Positions 19,164 to 26,520 of a stretch of 50,609 bases of DNA are shown here, one piece after another. The translations under genes and the position numbers were made by a program. The notes below the pieces were generated by a model, which worked only from the letters and a program-made list of their open reading frames with translations, did no database searches and was not told the origin of the DNA. The DNA lies in the IMG/VR virus record IMGVR_UViG_3300026551_000001, positions 1 through 50,609 of that record. One strand, written 5' to 3'. Positions within the stretch are counted from its first letter, which is position 1, and each line of letters opens with the position of its first letter. Source of the DNA: a virus. Taxonomy: Duplodnaviria > Caudoviricetes.

Positions 19164-19442
19164 TCAGGCAGCTAACTCAATCGTAAGACTCTCGGTTGTA
19201 GTAACCGGTTCGTTATCATTCGCAACAACCAAGTCGGTAACCAACATATCCGTCGGAAACGGAAAGGAGACCATCTTGATCGCTTCTAGAATGAAGACAT
19301 CGTTACGATGCTTAGCAGAATGCTTCTTAGCACTATCAATAACTGCATCTAACGAAGTCCAGCCATTTAAACCATCGTAGACCATACCTCCACCACGGAC
19401 ATAACCGTAGCTAGGATCATAAGCTAACCAGAACTTATTCAT
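19164..19442 (-). CDS. Hypothetical protein with an ssrA-like tail (ANDN…ELAA)
   Basis: AGGAG RBS before ATG at 19442. Confidence 0.75.
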   Translation of the reverse strand: MNKFWLAYDPSYGYVRGGGMVYDGLNGWTSLDAVIDSAKKHSAKHRNDVFILEAIKMVSFPFPTDMLVTDLVVANDNEPVTTTESLTIELAA

Positions 19443-19452
19443 GTTTTTACTC

Positions 19453-19959
19453 CTAGAATTCAGGATTATCAGCAGGCACTTTATTAAAGCCTCTGATTTC
19501 CTTTGGTTCCCTATTACTATTTGCTTCATAAGGGACTAATTTATCTACTCTGATAGAAACCAATCTAGCTGCTGTTCCTCCCATCTTAGCTCCAGGAGGA
19601 CTATAACTATAAGTCTCTAATTTAATAGTCACTTCAGAACCGTTACCAACATTAACGTTATAAGGTAGATTGTCTTTATCGATTATCATAGGCGCAGCAT
19701 ATAATCTACGCACACCTTTAATGATCTTCTCTGCTTGACAACCGAAGGCCATGTTATCTCCGTCCTCATCCCTCCTTAACCTATTCTTTAATCCTTCATA
19801 TTGTCTTCCATTTATAGTTTGTATTTCCTTTAATTTCTTAATCTTATCTAGAGATTCTTCATTAGGATATAACACCATGGCGTACTTACCGTACATATCT
19901 GGTGTAGCGACCCTAACCCATTTAGCTTTACCTTGTAAGTAGACGCTATTAGTAGCCAT
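19453..19959 (-). CDS. Single-stranded DNA-binding protein (T7 gp2.5-like)
   Basis: LQGKAKW…PD.YGKY, VGNGSEV…RL.SIRV..LV.Y motifs; C-terminal Phe; next to the DNA polymerase. Confidence 0.8.
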   Translation of the reverse strand: MATNSVYLQGKAKWVRVATPDMYGKYAMVLYPNEESLDKIKKLKEIQTINGRQYEGLKNRLRRDEDGDNMAFGCQAEKIIKGVRRLYAAPMIIDKDNLPYNVNVGNGSEVTIKLETYSYSPPGAKMGGTAARLVSIRVDKLVPYEANSNREPKEIRGFNKVPADNPEF

Positions 19960-20123
19960 TATATCAGTTCAACTCTGACTACCGTAGCTTCAAGAGCCTC
20001 TGGATTATTCTCTTCGAATTGTTCTAAGGCTAATACCTCAGCGTCATTCGGTCCTTTAACATCATCTACATCTACTTCAGCAAACATAGGTACTTCATAT
20101 TCAATATGTACTCTGTATTTCAT
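19959..20123 (-). CDS. Small acidic hypothetical protein (54 aa)
   Basis: MKYRVHIEYEV…VRVELI*, TAATG-coupled at both ends. Confidence 0.7.
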   Translation of the reverse strand: MKYRVHIEYEVPMFAEVDVDDVKGPNDAEVLALEQFEENNPEALEATVVRVELI

Positions 20124-22126
20124 TAATGGGTTACCTTCCAGTTTGTTCCTATTGTTTCTTTTCCATCATTCATGTAACTCCCTGCTAAAGGACACTTAAG
20201 TCCAAACATTTCACCTACCTCTCTCAATGCATCGCATTGTATTTGAGCCATCCAACGAGCTTCTTCTAGATCATTGGATGGCATTTCTGTCTGCCATTCA
20301 TCATGAACTAAGTTGACTAAGATCGGTTTCTTCGTACCAAACGTCCTATCCCCCAGATTATTCCAATGATTATCATTATATGTAGGAATGGTAGAATCTG
20401 ATACCAAGTTTGCATATCTCTTCTCCTCCGTCTCGCGTAAACGCTTCGACACTTTCTCTAACCACAGGATCGTGGCATGCTTCATTACAACTACTTCACC
20501 GTTCTGAAGATAACCACTCATAGCTAAGTGTCGTCTTTCACTTTCAGTTTCTCCCAGGATGTTAACCTTCCTACCATCCAGCCCAAAGAAATAGCCTCTC
20601 TTCGCATCTTTAGGAATAATAGTCTTTTTGAGCCTAGCGAATCCTTCGTATCGTCCCAGTAAATTAGCAAGAGCTTCTTTCGTTTTGTCTTCATTCGAGT
20701 CGAGAACTTCAGCCAGTTTCTTAATCCCTGCTCCAAGAAGAAGAGCGTAGATAAATCTTTTGGCAGCAGCTCTAGATTTACAGATACTTCCAAGAATTCT
20801 TTGGTTAAGCGAGTGCGGATCGCTTCCGTCATGTTTAGAACCCTTAACGATGGCATCTGTGAACTCCTGGTCGTCTATGTAGTGAGCAAATATTCTAAGC
20901 TGAATTCCTTCTGCGTCAACTCCAACGAGCAGTTTATTCTTATGTGCAGAGAAGCAGGAGCGCATTTCCCCGCCAAGTAACTTGACTTTCCCTTGAGTGT
21001 CCAACTCGTTCGGAATATTGGCCATATTAGGTTTTTGGTGTGCCATACGATGCGTCCATGCACCGATAGCAATAAACCTTCCATGTATTCTTCCGGTAGA
21101 TGGATTGTATAGGTTAGACCATTCGGTGAGAGTTCTCCTTCTCGCCTCGAATAGAATTCTTCTGGCCAGAGTTCTAGCTGACCTTGGAGCAGCACTGGGT
21201 AGTGAACTGATATTAGTTTCATTGATCTTCCACCCATATTTCTTAAGATCTTCTCTAATTATACCTTGTCTATCAGACTCTACGTGCGTCTTAGTCTTGT
21301 CCGTTGGTTTCCAACCTGCTCCTGTAAGAACGTCCACAATCTGTCTGTGGCTTGATGGATTAAAGGATTTGAATTCACATCTACAGAAAGGGTATCCATT
21401 GAATTCTGTAAGATCTCCATCTTGAACCCACCTGAAATCTTTGCGATGTAAAGTACCATGTTTAGTTCTTTCTGGATGTATTTCTCTTATTAAAGAAAGA
21501 TGAGGAGGAAAGGATTTAAGTATCTCTTCATCTAAATTCTTTAATTCTAAAGTTACTTTCTCCAGTAACTTATTACACTTTGTAATATCAAAATAAAACC
21601 CATTATTGTGCAAAGAATTAACAATGATTTGGAACTTGTGTTCACAAGTAATAGCATTCCTGTACTTAGGATTATTGATGCTATCAAGATAGCTAAGATA
21701 AATACGCTGACAGATATCGACGTCCCTAATACAATACGTAACCATCTCTTCAGATAACTTAGACCAGTCATTGAATTCTCCTTTAGGTAAGTTAAATTCA
21801 ATTCCGTAATCTTCTATTGAATGTCCTTGGCGCGAATAGTTAAATAACTTAGAAATAATAAGGGTATCAATAATATTGGTAAGACTAATGCAATCATAAA
21901 ACTTAATAAGATTACACAGGACAGGGTAATCATAACCAAGAATGTTGTGCCCCACCAATCTAGTACATCTTTTAACCAAGGTTTTAAACTTCTCCACCTC
22001 TGTTTGATCTTCGTGGAGATTTCTAAATACATAATATTCTCCTGTATCTGTGTCTTTACAGACGACACACCATATCTTAGTAGGACTTTCTAATTTATCG
22101 CATTCAATATCAATTATTAATTGCAT
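20123..22126 (-). CDS. Family A DNA polymerase (T7 gp5-like) with 3'-5' exonuclease
   Basis: IIDIE, GHNILGYD and YCIRDV exonuclease motifs; motif A VGVDAEGIQLR, motif B RAAAKRFIYALLLGAG, motif C LVHDEWQ. Confidence 0.95.
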   Translation of the reverse strand: MQLIIDIECDKLESPTKIWCVVCKDTDTGEYYVFRNLHEDQTEVEKFKTLVKRCTRLVGHNILGYDYPVLCNLIKFYDCISLTNIIDTLIISKLFNYSRQGHSIEDYGIEFNLPKGEFNDWSKLSEEMVTYCIRDVDICQRIYLSYLDSINNPKYRNAITCEHKFQIIVNSLHNNGFYFDITKCNKLLEKVTLELKNLDEEILKSFPPHLSLIREIHPERTKHGTLHRKDFRWVQDGDLTEFNGYPFCRCEFKSFNPSSHRQIVDVLTGAGWKPTDKTKTHVESDRQGIIREDLKKYGWKINETNISSLPSAAPRSARTLARRILFEARRRTLTEWSNLYNPSTGRIHGRFIAIGAWTHRMAHQKPNMANIPNELDTQGKVKLLGGEMRSCFSAHKNKLLVGVDAEGIQLRIFAHYIDDQEFTDAIVKGSKHDGSDPHSLNQRILGSICKSRAAAKRFIYALLLGAGIKKLAEVLDSNEDKTKEALANLLGRYEGFARLKKTIIPKDAKRGYFFGLDGRKVNILGETESERRHLAMSGYLQNGEVVVMKHATILWLEKVSKRLRETEEKRYANLVSDSTIPTYNDNHWNNLGDRTFGTKKPILVNLVHDEWQTEMPSNDLEEARWMAQIQCDALREVGEMFGLKCPLAGSYMNDGKETIGTNWKVTH

Positions 22127-22466
22127 TAAGTATCTTAATGTATTTCATCAGTCATCTTCCATCTTTAAATACTTTTACAGGAAAGTGATGTTTATTTGAC
22201 TCAAGTCTTTGTTGCCGTCTTAAATACCTATACCAATCATCAATCTTAAATAATTCTTCTGTAAATTCTTTTTGAAGGTCTTCTTTAAGTTTCTTAGGGT
22301 TTTGTATTTTAGACATACTGCACCTTTAGTTTGTTATAGTAAGCTTCTTCTTTATCTATAGCAGACTTAAATTTATAAGAATCTCTGTTCTTCATCCACT
22401 TAACATCACTAAGTAATTGTCTCATAGTATACCAATCATTTAAATTAATAGGTCCGATAATGTTAC

Positions 22467-22679
22467 TCATTTATTTTTTCTAATATATTTTTTTGCTTCA
22501 TCTAAAGATGTAAACCAAGATAAAAGATCATTATGTTTCTTGTATAGTAGTTTATCACTTTCTAATTTTTTATCTAATTTATAGACATTATATCCTTCGG
22601 CGAAAGGACGTCTTGAGAACACTATTAAATAATCTTCTTCTTTGTATACCTGTTCGTCTATAATATCTTCGTTACTCAT
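22467..22679 (-). CDS. Hypothetical protein (one of several short coupled ORFs in 22150-22810)
   Basis: GGAG RBS; contiguous packing. Confidence 0.55.
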   Translation of the reverse strand: MSNEDIIDEQVYKEEDYLIVFSRRPFAEGYNVYKLDKKLESDKLLYKKHNDLLSWFTSLDEAKKYIRKNK

Positions 22680-22800
22680 TTTTCAACATCTCCAAATCTT
22701 CTTATCCCATATATTAGGTAAAGACATATGTTCTTTATTAGAACATAACCAACTCCAACACCAGAACTTTAAAGATGAATTACTAAACAATCTTTCTAAG

Positions 22801-23145
22801 CTATTCATCTTTATCCTCCACAGGTATCTGTATAATCTCATGTAAGATAAACTTCTTACAGAAATCTTTAGGATCTACCCATCTAATGACTTGTCCTTCA
22901 TTAACAGCTAATTTAATTGATTTCTTAGTCTTAACTATAACATGATACTCTAATAAGTCAAGACCTAACTTAGGAGAATAAGCTAAGAATATAGTAAATC
23001 TCTTCATAGGAGATAACCAATCTATTACTTCTTCTGGAGTATCAGGTGGTCCTTTACCTCCGGTAATTACTCTTAAAGATTTACGCTTCTTTCGTACCTC
23101 TTCTTCTTTATCCATTCTTTCATCTTCAGTATCAGTTATTGACAA
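22801..23145 (-). CDS. Hypothetical protein
   Basis: AAGGAG RBS before a TTG start. Confidence 0.7.
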   Translation of the reverse strand: MSITDTEDERMDKEEEVRKKRKSLRVITGGKGPPDTPEEVIDWLSPMKRFTIFLAYSPKLGLDLLEYHVIVKTKKSIKLAVNEGQVIRWVDPKDFCKKFILHEIIQIPVEDKDE

Positions 23146-23169
23146 TGCTTGTCTCCTTCTAGAATGCCT

Positions 23170-23263
23170 CTAGGAGCTCGTAGGAAGCTCACTGGTGAGT
23201 TATTTTATGTACCCAGGTAGGGTAGTACCTCTATAAAAATAATGCACTACGGACCTTCTTATG
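23170..23263 (+). repeat. Dispersed three-box DNA element, copy A
   Basis: CGTAGGAAG … CAGGTAGGGTAG … GACCTTCTTATG; related copies at 30399, 34777 and 50333. Confidence 0.7.
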
Positions 23264-23977
23264 TTACAGTTTCCAATCTATAGGCTCTAACTTATCTTTA
23301 GATAAAAATGAATTAACTCTGCTGAACATCCTGCTACCAGAGAATGGATGTTCTCCTGCACAGAAACCTCTAGGACTCGGATGACTCACTTCGATTAAGT
23401 CTGAGTACTTCTCGTCCACATATTCTTTCAATTCTCGCGCAATACTTCCGCATAGAACGAAGCAGATGCCTTTTTTGTTTAGTCGTGAAACGATCTCGAC
23501 TGTAAGTGACCGCCATTGAGTCCAATGTAGATGTGAGAGTGACAAGAATTGTAGACAAGTCGGTATCGTGTTCCACAGTAAGACTCCTTGTTCAGCCCAT
23601 GGTTCTAAGTTACCAGACTTAGGAAAGATAGATCTCTTACCTTCTTTATCAAACCATTCGTAATGTAAGTCATTATGTAACTCTCTGAAAATATTAACTA
23701 AGGTAGGAGGGAATGGATATTCCTTACTATTGATACAATCTTTAGGAGTACTAAAGGCTAATCCTGTAGCATATTGAGGATTAGGATAAGGATCTTGTCC
23801 TATTATGGCAACTCTAACTTTATCAAATGGTGTAATGTCAAGGCTAGAAAACAGATCGCTCCTGTTTGGATTAAAGTAATAACGCTGAGACTCAAGATTA
23901 TCCAGTCTGATTTGGACATCTTCCCACTCCTTTGATCTCCAAAAGTCTAGATCTTCCCACGATGTAAAGTCACTCAT
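23264..23977 (-). CDS. ung: Uracil-DNA glycosylase, family 1
   Basis: KVRVAIIGQDPY, GLAFS, PPTLVNIFREL, WAEQGVLLWN, SHPSP, PIDW motifs. Confidence 0.93.
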   Translation of the reverse strand: MSDFTSWEDLDFWRSKEWEDVQIRLDNLESQRYYFNPNRSDLFSSLDITPFDKVRVAIIGQDPYPNPQYATGLAFSTPKDCINSKEYPFPPTLVNIFRELHNDLHYEWFDKEGKRSIFPKSGNLEPWAEQGVLLWNTIPTCLQFLSLSHLHWTQWRSLTVEIVSRLNKKGICFVLCGSIARELKEYVDEKYSDLIEVSHPSPRGFCAGEHPFSGSRMFSRVNSFLSKDKLEPIDWKL

Positions 23978-25503
23978 GCTGCTATTCCCTCAGTTGCAGC
24001 AAAGTTATCGTTATCCGATTTTATTTCTGAGAGAGTGTACGTAATAGGGTCAAAAGTAAGCACACCTCCCATTCCAGTGCGCCCGCAATATCTGTTCTTT
24101 GAAACGATGATAGTCGTTTCTTTAGAAGCTCGTTCGATATCTCGGGTAAGATCGATTCTGATGTCTGCGACTTTTCCAATTGCTCTACTACTCCTTGTTT
24201 GTCCGAAATCATTGACGTGACTCACTACTATTAATCCAAAATCTAATTCCTTGACCATCATCTCTAATCTGGTGGAGATTTGGTCAAGAGCTTGGCGTTC
24301 ATTCTCTCCCGCCAAGAGAGGAATGGCCATGCAAATGTTACCGAAAAGAATAAAACGACAGCCACAGGCAGAAACGAGAAACCTAATAGTGTCGCAGAGT
24401 GTCTCTGCAGAGTCGCCCCCAAAGCTAGAATGAAGGTACAGCCGCTCATCCATGCGAATAACCTTGGAGACAGCAGAAAAGATTTCATCTTCCTTGAGAC
24501 CGCTGTCGGGAAGGTGCGCGGGTCTTTTGAGCTCAAGTCCAGCAATAGCTTGGAGGTGCCTTCTAGGGCTTTCTTCATGGAGAATACATCCTATTTTATC
24601 ATCTGTTACCTTTAACAAATGATGTTCGAGGTTGTACATTAATTCAGTCTTACCTACTCCTTCTGGAGCAGTAATTAGAACGATTTCCCCTGTCCTTAGC
24701 CCATACGTCTTTTCGGTTAAGGTAGGGAATGGATAGGGGATACCGTATTGTACTTTACCTTTCAGAATAGTTTTGAAGTCGTCGAAGGAAGAGACGATGG
24801 TCTCGGGCAAGTATTTGCGGGAATTAAACCATGTGTTCCTGAGTACTTCACCTTCACCATTCTGAAGGTATTCATTGGCATCTTTCCTTGATGTTAGTTT
24901 TACATCAAAGACTTTGCCATAGTCGAAAAGCTTAGAAACTGCTGCTGTAGCTTCTCTGCCCACACTGTCGCTGTCGAAACAGAGGTAGACTCGATCGAAG
25001 CTACTAAGCCAGGATCTACATGCTGTGCAGTCACGTACGCTGCTAGAAGCAGACTGGACAGAAACCACAGGTTGATGTAGTACTTGGTAAAGGGAACACG
25101 CATCTTGTTCTCCTTCGGTGATGGTCACATATTTATGTTGACCAGCGTTGAACTTATCTGATCCGAATAGACCTGCTTTGCTAATCTCTCCTACGCTGGA
25201 GAAATCTTTGCTGCCAAGCTGTCTAACCTTGTAGCTACCGTTCGGATAACGATAGCCAATCGAGACCGGCTTACCGTCGGAATCGATTTTAGTTTTGACG
25301 TCATAGAAGCGGAAAGTTTCCGCATTGACGCCACGCCATGGACAATACTCATAGGTAAACTCCTTGGTTGAAGGAGAGGTTAATGGCGGAAAATAATGAC
25401 TACATGAAAAACAAAACCCATGTCCATCATCGTAGGTAGCTTTAGCATCTGAGCTACCACAGACTTCACATGGAATATGTAAATTAACTACTTGGGAAGT
25501 AAT
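23974..25503 (-). CDS. Primase-helicase (T7 gp4-like), probable ATT start
   Basis: The frame stays open upstream of the ORF-track start and contains the Zn-binding domain HIPCEVCGSSDA…GHGFCFSC; TOPRIM ITEGE.DA and CFDSD..G; Walker A APEGVGKT; IVVSHV; KNRY.G.TG. AAGGAG lies 7 nt before ATT at 25503, with an in-frame TGA just upstream. Confidence 0.9.
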   Translation of the reverse strand: MTSQVVNLHIPCEVCGSSDAKATYDDGHGFCFSCSHYFPPLTSPSTKEFTYEYCPWRGVNAETFRFYDVKTKIDSDGKPVSIGYRYPNGSYKVRQLGSKDFSSVGEISKAGLFGSDKFNAGQHKYVTITEGEQDACSLYQVLHQPVVSVQSASSSVRDCTACRSWLSSFDRVYLCFDSDSVGREATAAVSKLFDYGKVFDVKLTSRKDANEYLQNGEGEVLRNTWFNSRKYLPETIVSSFDDFKTILKGKVQYGIPYPFPTLTEKTYGLRTGEIVLITAPEGVGKTELMYNLEHHLLKVTDDKIGCILHEESPRRHLQAIAGLELKRPAHLPDSGLKEDEIFSAVSKVIRMDERLYLHSSFGGDSAETLCDTIRFLVSACGCRFILFGNICMAIPLLAGENERQALDQISTRLEMMVKELDFGLIVVSHVNDFGQTRSSRAIGKVADIRIDLTRDIERASKETTIIVSKNRYCGRTGMGGVLTFDPITYTLSEIKSDNDNFAATEGIAA

Positions 25504-26239
25504 AATAAGGCTCCTTCATCATTGCTTTTGCTCTGTAAATCGTGACAGGTTTACACCTAAATCCCATATCAATTAACTCAGACCAGTATGTCTGGATACC
25601 AACATACATCCATACCCACATACCTATGTCAGCCATCTTAATATCTGTCTTACCCTTCTCCTCATATTGTATACGTCTATTAGGTATATGTATATGTACT
25701 TTCTTACGTTCATACTGTACAGTATTGGCATACTCTTTGTCAAGAGAAATTATAGTATTTCCTCTGACTGCTAATAACTGTCCTTTGATCTTAGCAGGTT
25801 GAGCTAATCTACTTGTATTAAGATCAGCCCAGTCTTCGAACATAGGTCTCTTATCTGTTTCTAAAGGAATAGGAAATGTCTCAGTTCCTAAATCCTTAGA
25901 CCAAAACTCAAAGTTATCTACAGTATAACAATTAGCTACTAAGATACAATTGTTCTCTATTTGTTTGAATTTCTTTCTACCTTGTAGAAGATCATCACAT
26001 ACGAATAGAAGATTATATATATTATCTTCTATTGTACTGATGTCAGGAGTACAATGCATTCCTTCTACATTCCACTCAGACTCAACATTCTTCCACCATG
26101 CTGCCGATGGTTTAGCTCCTAACTTATGCCAACGTTCTTCAATCTGTTCAGCTAGAATTTGAGCAGGAGTACGTAAGTCAAGTTCTTCAACAACCTCTGG
26201 TTTTTCAACAACTGCTGATTTTCTGCTAAACAAAGTCAT
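25484..26239 (-). CDS. Divergent gamma-glutamylcyclotransferase (GGCT/AIG2-like) fold protein
   Basis: LLFVCDDL..G…IKGQLLAV….I.SLD…VQYERKKV.I…VWMYVG follows the GGCT pattern. AGGAG RBS before ATG at 26239. Confidence 0.6.
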   Translation of the reverse strand: MTLFSRKSAVVEKPEVVEELDLRTPAQILAEQIEERWHKLGAKPSAAWWKNVESEWNVEGMHCTPDISTIEDNIYNLLFVCDDLLQGRKKFKQIENNCILVANCYTVDNFEFWSKDLGTETFPIPLETDKRPMFEDWADLNTSRLAQPAKIKGQLLAVRGNTIISLDKEYANTVQYERKKVHIHIPNRRIQYEEKGKTDIKMADIGMWVWMYVGIQTYWSELIDMGFRCKPVTIYRAKAMMKEPYYYFPSS

Positions 26240-26251
26240 CTTACGCTCCTG

Positions 26252-26520
26252 CTTATAGGTGGACTCTGATAATATGCCTAGGACATACGAATACCAGATT
26301 GCTCGGGCTATCAGAGTCCGCTTATAAGTAGTAGTCGGAGAGTGCATTTCACCTTATGCACTCTCCTAGGTAGGTAGTTGCCTTCGGTGCCGGATACCTA
26401 CCTAATGTAATAGTCGGAGAGTGTAGGTAACCCAAAGGCCACTTACGTGGTGAGGCAAAGGCCTACACTCTCCTATAGGTAGCGCTCTTCAGATCAAGAC
26501 TGGACTTCAGCGTTCTACCT
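26252..26520 (-). ncRNA. Intergenic five-hairpin array with a duplicated unit
   Basis: TAGTCGGAGAGTG at 26332 and 26411; CACTCTCCTA at 26359 and 26466; further stems such as GGACTCTGATA/TATCAGAGTCC. Confidence 0.55.

Noticed and set aside
20720-20775. Leu in place of the conserved Tyr of polymerase motif B (FIYALLLGAG)
   Set aside because: As far as I recall this variant occurs in related podoviral polymerases; catalytic motifs A and C are intact, so it is not evidence of inactivation or modified-base use.
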